DNA from: Takakia lepidozioides
Taxonomy: Eukaryota; Plantae; Bryophyta
DNA length: 64,000 nucleotides
Assembly: GCA_030704615.1 (NCBI GenBank)
Contig: CM060732.1
Span: forward strand, 60,512,001-60,576,000
Reading direction: 5' to 3'
Below, piece after piece: positions 25,608 to 37,916 of the stretch (its first letter is position 1; each line of letters starts with the position of its first letter). A program made the position numbers and the translations under genes. The notes below the pieces were generated by a model, which worked only from the letters and a program-made list of their open reading frames with translations, did no database searches and was not told the DNA's origin.

Positions 25608-28412
25608 TCACCAGTAATCCCCACAAGAACAAACCCCATCTTGGAAGTGGTGAAAGCGGTTGGAATCCCGTACGACAATTTCTCTCCCAACAATCTTTGA
25701 AATGAACTTGGTAACCGTGTGGCAGTCACCACACACCCGAAGATTCTTGATGACCCGGAGAGGGGTCCCAGGGGATGTGCTGATCAGTCCAAAAGCAATG
25801 GCCAGCTTCTCACTGTGGTGGCAAAGAGAAAATTCCTTTTGCTGCTCCTCCACGTCATGCAAAACATACTGCGTGTCAGGCACATACCCGGCCTCCTCCA
25901 TCTGCCCAGCCAATATCTCCAGCTCAGCATGGATTTCCGCCACATGTGGATGTGATTTATCATCTACAATAAATGTATGCACCTGGCTGTCAAACTCTAT
26001 GCTGCAGCGACCTGGATCCTTTCTGACACCTCTGTCCTTCATCATTTTCCTAACCTTTGCTGTATCATCCCACCTGCCAGCAGCAGCATAGATGTTTGAT
26101 AGCAGCACATAAGTGGCCGCGTCCTGTGGATCCCTCTTGAGAAGGTATTTTACTGCACGTTCTGCCACCTCCACATTGCCATGAACTCTGCAGGAGCCTA
26201 GTAAGGCCCCCCACACCACAGTGGTTGGTTCACTGGGCATTTGGTTGATGAGGTCCTCTGCCTCTTCCAATCGCCCAGCACGGCCAAGGAGGTCCACCAT
26301 GCAGCCAAAATGCTCCACTGTAGGAGTAAGGCCATGATCTTGACTCATTGAATCAAAGTAGTGACTGCCTTCATCCACTAGGCCCATGTGGCTACATGCA
26401 GAGAGAACACATATAAAGGTGATACTGTCCGGGTTGAAGCCTTCCTGTTTCATTTTTTCGAATAGTTTCACGGCCTCCATACCACACCCATGCTGGGCAT
26501 ATCCTGCCATCATCGCACTCCATGAGACCACATTGCGTTGAGCCATATTGGTGAAAACTCGATTTGCATCCTTCATGCTCCCACATTTGGCATACATATT
26601 AACAAGGGTATTCTCCAGCATGACATCCGGTTCAATTCCGGATTTGATAATATCGGCATGGACCTCTATGCCCTTTTCAAAGGCTGCCAGGCTGGCACAT
26701 GCATTGAGAACACAATCGAATGTGACCCGATCAGGCATCACCCCTGCTTGTATCATTTGCTCATAGATGTCCAAAGCCTGCCTACCATATCCATGACGAC
26801 CGTATCCTGCAATCATGGCATTCCATGAGACCACATCTTTTGTAGCCATATTGTCAAAGACCCGACGTGCGTCCTTCACACTGCCGCAATTGGCATAGAC
26901 CGAGAGAACACAAGTGAATGTGACGTGGTTAGGTGTCACCCCTTCCCGAATCATTCGCTCATACGTCTCTAAAGCCTCCCTACCATATCCTTGCTTAGCA
27001 TATCCTGTAATCATTGCATTCCAGGAGACCACACCTTGTTCAGCCATATTATTAAACACTTCACGAGCATCCTTCATGCTCCCACATTTGGCATACATGA
27101 CAGCAAGAGCAGTCTCCAGAATGGCATCTGGAGCAATTCCAGCTTCGATGACATCAGCATAGACCTCTATACCCTTTTCCAGGGCTCCAAGATCGGCACA
27201 TGCCTTCAACACACAAACAAATGTGACCCGGTCGGGCCTTGCCCCTTCCCGTATCATTCGCTCATACATCTCCAAAGTCTCCCTACCACACCCATGCTGA
27301 GCATATCCTGTGATCATGACATTCCATGAGATCACATTTCGCCGAGCCATATTGTCAAAGACTTTAAGTGCATCCCTTACGCTCCCACATTTGGCATACA
27401 TGTCAACAAGGGCAGTCTCCAGAACAATATCTGATGCAATTCCAGCTTTGATAATGTCAGCATGGACAATTTTGCCCTTTTCCAGGGCTCCTAAACTGGC
27501 ACACGCCTTGAGAACAGAAATGAATGTGATCTTGTTGGAAGCCACCCCCTCCCTCATCATTTGCTCATAGATCTCAAGGGCCGCCCTACCACAGCCGTGC
27601 TGGGCATATCCTGCAACCATTGTGTTCCATGACACCACATCATTTCGTTGGGCCATATTGTCAAATACTCGTCGCGCATCCTTCATGTCCCCACATTTGG
27701 CATACATGGCAGCAAGGGCAGTCTCCAGAATGGTATCTGGGACAATTGCAGCTTTCATTATGTCACGATGGACCTCTATGCCCTTTTCCAGGGCTCCTAG
27801 GTTGGCACACGCCTTAAGAACACAGACGAATGTGAAACGATCGGGAGTTTCCCCTTCCGTTATCATCCGATCATACATATTGAATGCCTCCCTCCCACAG
27901 TCATGCGTAGCATATCCGCCAATCATCATATTCCATGTAAACATATCTCGTTGAGGCATACTGTCAAATACTATGCGAGCATCCACTATGCTCCCACATT
28001 TGGCATACATGTTGATGAGGGTGTTGAGTAGAAAGGTATTTGGCTTGAATCCACTTTGGATAATGTGGGCATGCACCTGCTTTCCTTCAGCCAGGCCTTT
28101 CATTTTGATGCACTCCTGCAAGAGATAGGAATAAGTATTGAAGTCTACCGAAATCCCCCCTTGGTTCAAAATGTTCACCACCTCTTTGAGTTGTCCAACT
28201 TTACATAGTTTCCTCACATCCCCACGAGTGAGGCTAGGTGCTTCCAGCCTCTCTAAGTGAACATCCACCCATGCAGGTTTCTTGTAGCTATCAAGCAACA
28301 ACGCCTCAGTGGTGCTCTGGTGCTTCAAATCTGGTCCGAAAGGGTGGATCTGCACCCACACTCCATCCCTGCCTCCTTCAGCTATCCCTGCCTCCAACAA
28401 AAATTCATACAT
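25608..28412 (-). CDS. PLS-class pentatricopeptide repeat protein with E1-E2-DYW domain (putative organellar C-to-U RNA editing factor)
   Basis: About 19 P/L/S motifs, E1/E2, PG box (KDPGRCSIE), HSEKLA and CGDCH zinc ligands, C-terminal CSCGDYW. First in-frame ATG at 28412; the frame is open to ~28445. Confidence 0.96.
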   Translation of the reverse strand: MYEFLLEAGIAEGGRDGVWVQIHPFGPDLKHQSTTEALLLDSYKKPAWVDVHLERLEAPSLTRGDVRKLCKVGQLKEVVNILNQGGISVDFNTYSYLLQECIKMKGLAEGKQVHAHIIQSGFKPNTFLLNTLINMYAKCGSIVDARIVFDSMPQRDMFTWNMMIGGYATHDCGREAFNMYDRMITEGETPDRFTFVCVLKACANLGALEKGIEVHRDIMKAAIVPDTILETALAAMYAKCGDMKDARRVFDNMAQRNDVVSWNTMVAGYAQHGCGRAALEIYEQMMREGVASNKITFISVLKACASLGALEKGKIVHADIIKAGIASDIVLETALVDMYAKCGSVRDALKVFDNMARRNVISWNVMITGYAQHGCGRETLEMYERMIREGARPDRVTFVCVLKACADLGALEKGIEVYADVIEAGIAPDAILETALAVMYAKCGSMKDAREVFNNMAEQGVVSWNAMITGYAKQGYGREALETYERMIREGVTPNHVTFTCVLSVYANCGSVKDARRVFDNMATKDVVSWNAMIAGYGRHGYGRQALDIYEQMIQAGVMPDRVTFDCVLNACASLAAFEKGIEVHADIIKSGIEPDVMLENTLVNMYAKCGSMKDANRVFTNMAQRNVVSWSAMMAGYAQHGCGMEAVKLFEKMKQEGFNPDSITFICVLSACSHMGLVDEGSHYFDSMSQDHGLTPTVEHFGCMVDLLGRAGRLEEAEDLINQMPSEPTTVVWGALLGSCRVHGNVEVAERAVKYLLKRDPQDAATYVLLSNIYAAAGRWDDTAKVRKMMKDRGVRKDPGRCSIEFDSQVHTFIVDDKSHPHVAEIHAELEILAGQMEEAGYVPDTQYVLHDVEEQQKEFSLCHHSEKLAIAFGLISTSPGTPLRVIKNLRVCGDCHTVTKFISKIVGREIVVRDSNRFHHFQDGVCSCGDYW

Positions 28413-29082
28413 CCTCCCCCTCACTGCAATAGCTGACAATGAGAACTAGTGTATAGCAAACACCTCACCCCTACAAACACTCCCACGCAAAATTGGTGGA
28501 AGCATGTATGAGAGAGCGTGTTGGCTTCTAAACTTTCTCAGTTCATGGGGTTAAAAAAATCTAAAGCAGGTGAAAATAGGCCAAAAATGTCATACGGCTC
28601 ACCTACAGTCAGAAAAAAGTCCAAATTACAGGGGATGGACTGTTGATTTAAGGCTGACACAGAAACAAACAGGGAAAGAACATGATCCCCCTCTAGATAG
28701 AAAGCGCTTCATTCCAGCACTGCTCCTCTAGTCCTGTAGCTTGCAAAGAGATGTGACGTGTGTGAATGTGGCTGTCCAGTCAAAGGGGTACCCTGGGATT
28801 GCCCACATACCAGAAGTACGAGGTTGATCAAACACTTCTCCACTAGCTCCCTAACTTGCGCCAGGTTTGACAAATGTGCATGGTTGCACTGCCAGTCCGG
28901 AGAAAGGGGCGTCTGAAGAAGGAAAGAGAGAATGTACTCATAAGACGTTGTTTGCCATAGTGAAGAAGGAAAGAGAGAGAGAGTGTGTGTGTGTGTGTGT
29001 CTATGTTCGCTATCATCAATTTCCGAGCAATATTTGAAAGCAGATTGTTGTCTGCTTCAACTGTAACATAACAGGCATTTAC

Positions 29083-29663
29083 CTTATTGCACCCTGGAGT
29101 GTGCTCTGTAAAATATTTGCTCCAGAGTTTCTCCACATCTGTATATTTTGGATATTTTTGCCCATTGCTGAACTTGACCATGGACGATAGTGACCACTCT
29201 TTTTGCACCTCCAGGTGGCTAGCTTGCTCGTCCCCCTGCATACAAGAGCGTGAGGTCTGTGACCTGACTGCAGAATAAGACGACTGCACTCCTGTAACTG
29301 GTACAAATGCCAACAAAATGACAAGCACCAGGGAAGGGTGCAACTACCCACACCAGTAAAATAAAACAAGACATTGAAAAAATCAGTACGTGTTCACAAA
29401 GGTGATCGCACTACATATGTGTGCAGATAGAGTTAAGCGTTATGCCTCGAGATCACTAAACAACCAACAGCAGAGAAGGAAAATTACCTGTGAAAGACCA
29501 ACTGACAGATTGCTGGAGATGCACCAGCCATCCAAGCTCCCTGTAGGTTGATGCGCTCCACTTGAACGGCCCCCTCCCAACCCTGGGTTCGGTGAGGATA
29601 GAGAATTCGCCATTGTCTGCAGGTTGTAACTTGCTGGGGCACTGTGCAATCCCCGAAGGCTCC
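29083..29663 (-). other. Probable upstream spliced exons (5'UTR of the PPR gene or a separate small transcript)
   Basis: Minus-strand acceptor/donor pairs: TGTTTCCAG|...CAG|GTAAT (~29663-29488) and ATTCTGCAG|...AAG|GTAAA (~29267-29083). No recognisable protein. Confidence 0.35.
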
Positions 29664-30438
29664 CTGGAAACAGAGCAGACTCTTAAGATTCAGAAATTGT
29701 TTGACAGTTTATAGGTACCAAAGCTACATAGGTGAGATGTACTTGGAGACCTTCAGCTCTTATTCAGCCCATATAGTGACCCAGTTGAAGTCAAGGGATC
29801 CTCGCAACCTGCAAATTAGATCATTTGGGACAAAGCACCAACCATACAAGTGAACCCTTCGATCGTTATATAAAGTTATCAAGCGCAAAAGCAGGCTTCC
29901 ATCAAAGATGCCAAATTCCCTGTTCATACATTCGACCAATCCGAGATTTGAAAAAAAAATCACTGTAAACTCACAACTCTAGGTTTTAGAGGAAGAAGCT
30001 CAGGTGCTTGGCAATAAGGCGGTCTGCAGGCAGTCGCAAGATACACCAAATTGAGAAACCGTAAGCTAAAGGGAAGAAAATATGAAGCCTGAAACAACCA
30101 CCTACCACATTTGAGGCATGGCCGCCGTGGAAAGCAACGAAAACCCGTTTTCGCCAATGCATGAAGATATCAAGGTGTTCACAAGCTCAAAGCGTCCTGG
30201 AAACCATCACTCGACCAATCAACCGATCACGAAATCTAACTGACAAGCTCACAAAATGCTACCACGGCTCAGATGCCAGACCGAATGCACACGCAGAAAT
30301 GATCAATGGCGTGACCGGATGTCTGTCAAAAACCCAGCGCACTCTTTGCCAAGCTTCAACAACAAACAACAACAGCAACGGCATAAACCCCTCTCTTTCC
30401 CTCACAGCTGACTCCACACCTACCTACCACATTGATAG

Positions 30439-30466
30439 GTACCTACCTACCTACCTACCTACCTAC
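30439..30466. repeat. (CCTA)n microsatellite
   Basis: TACC/CCTA tetranucleotide run. Confidence 0.9.
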
Positions 30467-30908
30467 TTCTACCTGACTTAGGGACCAAGTACCTACAAGA
30501 TGCGCCCTCCCTATCTGGTCAGCCAATAGAAACTTACTTCAAGTTGTAAATGTTTAGATTTAAACACAACAATTCATCTTCCAATAAAAATGATTAAAAT
30601 CCAAGTATTATTATACGGATTTCGTACTCATGTTACTGAAATAATAACCCCCAAATAATTCCAGATAAAATTCTCGAGGGCCTTTGTGCACTTTTTTCTT
30701 AGAAATAATAACAAGCGGCTAGTTGCGTATGGCTCCTCTTTGTGAGTAGTGAAATCTACTTTCATCCATAAACTTGAAATTTCATCCATTTATTTTTCAT
30801 AAATTGTTCAATAAGAGAGATGTTACCTGAAGGAGGTGTTACCTCGAAGCATTTCGTGAAGTAGTTTCCAACAAAGGAGAGGAGGTGACACCTGGGGAAG
30901 GCACAACA

Positions 30909-31145
30909 TAAACTTCAAGACGATTATACCTATACATCTGAAATTTCTCAGATAAATGTTAATAAATTATGGGTCTTACCAGAAACATCAAATGAAAATC
31001 CGAGTTCACTTCTCTTACTAATTTTTTTTTTAAAAATGTCTGAACCTGAAATTTTTATCTGCAAGATCACGTGTTTACACAATAGAAAAAATTATGTTGG
31101 TGCTAAAAGGTTTTTACAACATCGGCGTAAATCACCTAGCAAAAT
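30909..31145 (+). repeat. ~240-bp repeat, inverted partner of 50441-50683
   Basis: For example GAAATTTTTATCTGCAAGATCACGTGTTTAC here versus GTAAACACGTGATCTTGCAGATAAAAATTTC at ~50508. Confidence 0.85.
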
Positions 31146-31569
31146 GAAAGATGATGTTTTGTAGTACTTATTAGCAGAAAAGATTATAATAAAGCCAATA
31201 GATTAGAAGCTTTGGTATATTTCAAGTCTAGATACATATAAAAATGGTTATAATAAAATTTATGGTCGTCAAACGTTATGTTAAAAATATTGGTTTTTAA
31301 AATACAATAAAAATATATAATGAATTGTTTGCATCGTCTTAGACAATGTCGTACACAATATTAGTATTTTTGATATAAATATTTTATTTTTTTCCTAAAA
31401 ATTATTAGACACGTTATCTCAAATTTTCAAGAGATTGTCAAAATTTATTACTTGATACCACTTATTACAATTCTCTCTAGCTTTCACTTGTAACAGAAAT
31501 CCAGCCCAATTCAAACATGCTTTTGCTTAAGAGCTTTATTCATAGGATTTACAAAATTTTATTATGTAC

Positions 31570-33087
31570 AGATGAGGGCCCACGGCCTAGTTCTTGGTAA
31601 CATGGAAAACCAACGACGATCTCTAGCCATTGCAACCTAATTACAGTTATACGGTACCGGGCAACTCTCCCGGTCCTCCCACCACTGCACTGTGCTTCTT
31701 TTCTGTACGTCATCTAGATTCCAATCTGCCCAGAGCCAACCTCGCATTTATTTTCTTGATCCCCAAATAGTGCGAATTATGCCTATTCCACGAGACCTTC
31801 TCATATCTCTCCAAGTTAGCATAAATGTTGTCCACGCTACCCTATGACTTGCATGCCGCGTCTTGTAATTGAGACAATCATGCCCACTCCGTTTGGATTT
31901 TTCGCGATGCTAGACTGGCGCCAAACGAAACCCAATTTTCTCGGCCCATGGCTCGTGGCAAGAACTTTCGAAGCTCCAAATCTCGAGTCAATCGCCACGC
32001 AACTTCTTTCGTTACATCTCTCTCGTTGACCAACGTATCTTCTTCATTGCTGAAATCAGATTGAATTGTAGTTCGCGAACATTCTGTAGTTTCCACCATA
32101 CACTCCTTGCAAGTTTTCTTCTTATTTCGGCTACTTGAGTCTTTCTTTTTCATGCGCATTGTTTCATTCACCTGGAATCCCAATCGGGCTTTATCATGTG
32201 CACGTTGAGACAAAGCATGAGGTACTTCCACATCCATGTACACATTTTCTCTACCCCAAACAAGCCGACGACAGTCAGGAGTAGTATCAATCCTAAATGT
32301 AAGTTCTTCGACGATTCGACGTGGAGACGGGTCGCTTCTTTCAACATTCAACTGCAACTCCTTTATCTGCCTGTGCTAACTTTCCATCACAGCTTCCTAC
32401 TTCTGCAATTCTTCTATGCGAATCCGTTGGCTCGCCACAAACTCCTCTAACTGTTGAATTCGACAGTCTTGACTAGCCAACGGTTGTAATCAACAATGGT
32501 TGTATCTCTGCTGGTTCAAGAACCCCCTCGCATTGTATTGTTATGGCATTTTCCTGCTCTCGCGCCTCGTGTACATCTGCAAACTGACATTGCACTACAA
32601 AAATGTCGGAGATATCTATCCCGACTATTATTTTCGGCTTATTCCGTTTGAAGATGGTTTGTCAATCCACTGTTATATATAGAATGATCTCCACATAAAC
32701 CATGGCTGCTAAAGAATAATTGATTTGATGTTTGAATAAGTCATCACCCCACAATGAGAAGCTCACCTCACGTGCCATATGGCGGAAATGTTCATCAAGG
32801 CAAGAATGATATTCCCCATAAAATTGTCTGGTCTGCACCTCATGCCGCTCTACTGGCCACAAACAATTGATGTGATGCATTTTCACATATTGTGTGCATC
32901 GTGTCAATGACCACTTGTCGCCCGCAGGAAAATGTACTCACCCTTGCTCTGCCAAAATTTCTTGGTTGTGATATGCTTCCCAATTCACTTGGTACCTTGC
33001 ATCTTTACGGTACCGCTTCTCAGATGGTATGGCATGCCCAGGATCTTCTGGTGGTTGATGCCACCCATCTTGACCTCCTCCAACCAT
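31570..33087 (-). pseudogene. Unknown TE-associated gene family, copy A (decayed, truncated near the RING region)
   Basis: MVGGG...NWEAYHNQEILAEQG*...KWSLTRCTQYVKMHHINCLWP...SCLDEHFRHMAREVSFSLWG...YSLAAMVYVEIILYITVD*QT...MVETTECS...SVDNIYANL. Homologous to copies B and C. Confidence 0.8.
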
Positions 33088-33526
33088 TTTTAAGCACAAT
33101 AATCTCTACACCACTGCCAACCTTGCCTACAATGTATTTTTCGCAAACATGAAATGAATTAGGATGGAATCGAGAAATGTTGACCCTTAAAGTAGAGTAA
33201 TAAAAACTATAAGGGAGGTGAATTTAAAAACTCATAATAGTACTAGGAAGGATTGAGCAGGAGACTCGATTCAACATCGAATACAAAGGAACCGTTGGCC
33301 AAAATCAGGGTTGCAGTGACGTCACGTCACGTCGGACCTGACACTGACGCGACCAACGTCACATCAGTTTTGTCGAAAAATCAGTAAAACATGAGTTAGG
33401 TGAAAAATATGCCACGTAGGTAGACACGTTGTATTCCAAGCGACACCTTGGCAAGTGAATGAATTGTTTTATAAATTACTCCATCCGCCAATAGTTGAGG
33501 TAATTTTTAAATTATTATTGTTAAAT

Positions 33527-34203
33527 TGGTGCGACCTCCAAATGGTGGTGGTCGCAGAATTTATCTTATTTTTTAATAATTGCGACCACCAGCAAAAGAG
33601 TTGTCGCAGCATTTTTTATTTTTTTTAAATAGATGCGACCACCAGCAGGGGTGGTCGCATTTTTTTCTTTTCTTAAACAGTTGCGACCACCGCTACTAGT
33701 GGTCGCACAATTTCTATTTTATTTGTAATAGGTGCGACTACCATCAGGGGGGTGGTCGCAACATTTTTTAATATCTGCGACCACCAGCATGGGGTGGTCG
33801 CAGAATTTTATTTTATTTTTTATTTTATTTTTAATAAATATTCTCTGTGACCACGAGCATGGGGGTGGTCGCAACATTTAAAAAAAAAAAATAAGTGCGA
33901 CCACGAGCATGGGGGTGGTCGCAGAAATTTTCTATTTGTTTAGTAGGTGCGACCACCAGCAGGGGGGTGGTCATAGAAATTTTCTGTTTTTTTAATAGGT
34001 GCGACCACCAGCAGGGGGGTGGTCGCAGTAATTTGTTTTTAAAATAAATAAATAAATAATAATCTTTGTGACCACGAGCATGGGGGTGGTCGCAGCATTT
34101 TTCTTTTTTTTAATAGGTGCGACCACCAGCATGAGGGTGGTCGCAGCAGTTTTTAAAAAAAAATAACATGCGACTTCCTCGTGCGACCTGGAGCGGTCGC
34201 AGC
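33527..34203 (+). repeat. Array of ~13 palindromic units TGCGACCACC-AGCAGGGG-GGTGGTCGCA
   Basis: Units start at about 33530, 33581, 33634, 33682, 33733, 33776, 33846, 33896, 33948, 34000, 34067, 34118 and 34169, separated by A/T-tract spacers. Confidence 0.95.
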
Positions 34204-34567
34204 ATTGGATCTGATTCGTCGAGCGTGTGAGGCTTGGAGGCTGGAGGATATATAAGGTGGTCCCAATGCCCGTCACTTCTTTGGTTGCAAACACTTTTGT
34301 GGCGAGTGAATGTTCTCTATTTCTTTAGCAAGAGTGTAAGCCCAAGAGGAGGATGCGGACTTTTTGCTGTTGTGGCTTCCACCAGAGCCACTGCAGCAAA
34401 TTGTCGAAAAGCACAATACTACATGGTGCATTGATCCACTTGGATTGATGCCGTAGTGTTGGGCCATCGCATTCTGTTCTAACTTCTATTGCTCTTGACA
34501 AATTTACTAAGTACACTAGTGTTCTTCGTTCAACCTTAAGTCTGTGGTTAGGATTTTGGGTGTGAGG

Positions 34568-37500
34568 ATGAGGGAGGAGTGGATCCTTGGGTTCACCATA
34601 GACCCGCACAAAAAGGACGGTGTTCAATGCAATCTTTGTGCATTGAAACTGACGGGTCGCAAAGATCGCATGTTATATCACCTTGGCTACAGAGATGGGA
34701 AGAATGCAGGGGTTAGTTTGTGCCCAAAAACCTCCACGCGAGGGAAAGCCACTTTGCCCAATGTGGAGGCAATATCCCACCGTTTCTTGATGTGGCCGCG
34801 GCTTCTGAGCCAAATACTCCAGGTTCGAATCAAACTGTCCCTCAGAGTTGTACCCAGGGGGATTCTTGCGAGGCGTCTACTGTTCATGGAGAAGCCGGTG
34901 GGTCAAGAGCAACACTCGATTGTACACCAGTACTTGTACGGCCTAGACCATTGAGGCAATAATCAATGCAAAAAGGCTTAAATTTGTCGCACAGAAGGAC
35001 TCTGGATAAGAAGTGGGCCCAATTTTTCTACGAGGCCAATATTCCGTTCAATATCTCGAGGCTTCCTGCGTTTGTGGCTGCTGTTAAAGGCACGTCCGAT
35101 TCCAAGTCCACATATACACCTCCGAGTTATCGCGATCTCCGCACATGATTGCTAGAAGATGCTATGTCTGACCTATGAAAAGACAAGTGATTCTCTCCGG
35201 AAATATGGAAGCACTATATGTGCGGACGGTTGGAGTTCTGTTACTAATCGACCACTGTTCAATGTCATGCTGGTCTGTCCTGCGGGGGAACAATTTTTGG
35301 GATCCGTTGACACAAGCGGGGAGAGAAAAGATGCACGTTATCAAGCAGGGTTGTTGACGAGTTACATCGATAAAATTGGAGCTAATAAAATTATCCAAGT
35401 GTGCACGGACAATGCATCTAACATGATTAATATGGCCGATATTTTGATTGTACGATATCCCCATCTATATTACCAAGGGTGTGCTGCTCATATCTTTGAT
35501 CTCGTTTTGGAGGATTGGGGAAAAGAATCATGGATGAAACAACTAGTAAAAATGGCAAAGTCAGTTGTGACGTTCATTCGTACACATCACATCCCTCTGG
35601 CATTGTTTAGAAAGCATGAACCCAAATACAGCCTTAAGAATCCGGGTGAAACCCGCTTTGCCACAAATTTTTTGATGGTGGATCGACTGGTGACTGTGAG
35701 GGCGGGTCTGGAGCAGGTGATCATTGACCCTCAATGGGATGCGTATGTGGGCACCTTACGCGACTCTCATAAGTCCAAGTCTTTGAGCAAAAATTGGAGG
35801 GTCCGCGCAATCATTCGCTCCGACGATTTCTAGGCGAAATGTGCAAATTTTGTGTACATGGTGGAGCTGGTGTTGATTGCTTTGCGGAAGTTTGATGGAA
35901 AACAACCAACAATGGGCAAAACATGGTTGATATTGAAAAACCTTGAGAAGCACGTGCAATCCTTGAGGCGTCCTCCATTTTCTATGGACGATGATTTGGC
36001 GGCAAGGACCGATGATGCATTTTACGACCGCAAACGAATGATTCGCACGGACTTGCATTATGCGGGGCCTTGCTGAATCCATTCTTGCTGGACAATACGA
36101 ATTTGAGAGACGATGTGGATGCCAAAGCCGGGCTTGTACGGGCCATCATGCAACTTGCGCCCTTGAACATGGCAGAGCGAGCGTTGTCCGAGTACTAGTG
36201 CTTCTCGGATCGGCAGAATCCTTTCCATGACATGTCGGATCCAAAAACAATGAACATGTTGCCACATGAATGGTCGGATCTGATTGGAGCTGGAGCAAGA
36301 ACGTTAGCTCCCATTGCAAAACGTATTCTTGCCCAAGTGTGCTCTGCCTCGTCCTGTGAGCGGAACTGGAGCAGTTACTCGTTTGTTCACAACAAGATTT
36401 GCAACAGGTTGAATCATGCCAGGGCTGACAAATTGGTTTATATCTACACGAATTGTAGGCTACTACGAGAGAGAAGAGCAAGTGACGCATCTGCATGGTA
36501 CGAGAAGAATCTGTTGTCTGAAGAATCTGCCTCAGAGGTCCAATCTAGCAGCAATGATGACACTGACGCCGCGAGGGACTCCGACTCCGACGGTTGGGAT
36601 GGGTCCGATGATGTGGGCAATCCTCCACATGACCCATATGAATTTAATGACGATGATGCTGCAATGCATCCATCCTTTGATGACCTTGTTGTTGATGAAC
36701 TGCGACATGGTGTCATCCCAATTGCGGACCCCCTTCCCTCAGTGGAGCACACTCTCAACAATGAAGTTAAGGTCAACTCTCCCCCACCACGAGTTCCACA
36801 GACTGCGGGAGATGTGCAGGTTGAATCGTCGGATGATGACAACCAGCCGTTGTCATTCCTTCACCGACATCGTGCCCATGTGATCCGTGCTTTATCTCAC
36901 TCGGCTCCATCTCATGTTTATCTTTCTCAAGCCGGTCCATCCCATGCTGGTCCATCTAGTCTCTTTCCCCCTCATGTAATTCCTTCCATCGATACTCCGA
37001 TCCTAGGAGATGGTTCTTCTGCTGCGGGACTTCTGCAAGTCGAACCATCGGACGACGACGACCGGCCATTGTCGTTTCATCTGGCCCGACGACGTCCGTA
37101 TGTGAACCGTGCTCCCTCGACCCTCGCTAGTCCATCTCATGCCTCTTCCTCTCATGTCGGCCCCTCTGATGTACGTGTGAGTAGCCTTCTTCATACGAGA
37201 CCTGCTGAAACAAGCCCAGAAACGGCAGAGAATTGTGCAACCTTTTGTTGGTGACCGACCTGTGAACACGCCTGATACCCTAGATGGTATTCATGATAGG
37301 AGTGAAAATCGACCAGAGAGACAACTGAACGTACTCCGAGGACGACTACAGGTCCAACGGCCAGTTGCCTCTGGAAACGAAAGAACAGATGGAGATCATG
37401 ATTCTAGCACTGATCATGGGAACGGGGGTGAAGTGAGTGGGGACGAAGATTTTGTACTAGACGTGAGATCATACCATCGTCGTCGTGCCAGACGGAATTA
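34568..37500 (+). mobile_element. hAT-superfamily transposase pseudogene (BED zinc finger, DUF659/RNase H-like core, hAT dimerisation domain)
   Basis: BED finger (W..F...CNLC...H...C), FFYEANIPFN, PPSY..LR, catalytic DGW and TDNASNM, CAAH, ETRF, LNP, SASSCERNWS, NRL...RADKLVYIYTN. Several frameshifts and stops (34960, 35146, 35831). Confidence 0.95.
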
Positions 37501-37569
37501 GTTACAGTTATAACTTCTGTGACGCTGAGCTACTGACTGTTGGTAGATATTAAAAAAATCGGAAAATTA

Positions 37570-37916
37570 TGCGACCACCCCTCTACGACCACCCCCCTGC
37601 TGGTGGTCGCATCTATTAAAGAAAAGAAAAATAGTGCAACCACCAGCAGGTGGTGGTCGCACCTATTTGTTTTAAACAAAATTTCTGCGACCACCCCTCT
37701 GCTGGTGGTCGCGCCTATTGAAAAATAAATAAAAATTATGCGACCACCTCCCTGCTGATTAAAAAAAAAAAAAACTGCGACCATCCCCCTCCTGCCAGCT
37801 GGTGGGCGCACCCATTAAAAAAATTAAAAAAATCTGCGACCCCCCTCCCCTCCCCCCGCTGCACCCATTAAAAAACATAAACAAATCTGCGACCACCCCC
37901 CTGCTGGTGGTCGCAC
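37570..37916 (-). repeat. Array of ~7-8 palindromic units, mostly in opposite orientation to the 33.5-34.2 kb array
   Basis: TGCGACCACCCCCCTGCTGGTGGTCGCA is the reverse complement of the left-array unit. Confidence 0.92.

Noticed and set aside
25660-27954. Many plus-strand ORFs over the PPR gene
   Set aside because: Antisense shadows of the repetitive PPR coding sequence.
33306-33315. CAGGGTTGCA as the left hAT TIR
   Set aside because: I could not find the matching inverted copy with an 8-bp TSD in the window.
33527-34203. CRISPR array (28-bp palindromic repeats with ~25-bp spacers)
   Set aside because: Eukaryotic context, degenerate repeats, low-complexity A/T spacers of variable length, no cas genes, and a mirror array on the other side of a transposase. 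TE repeats explain it better.
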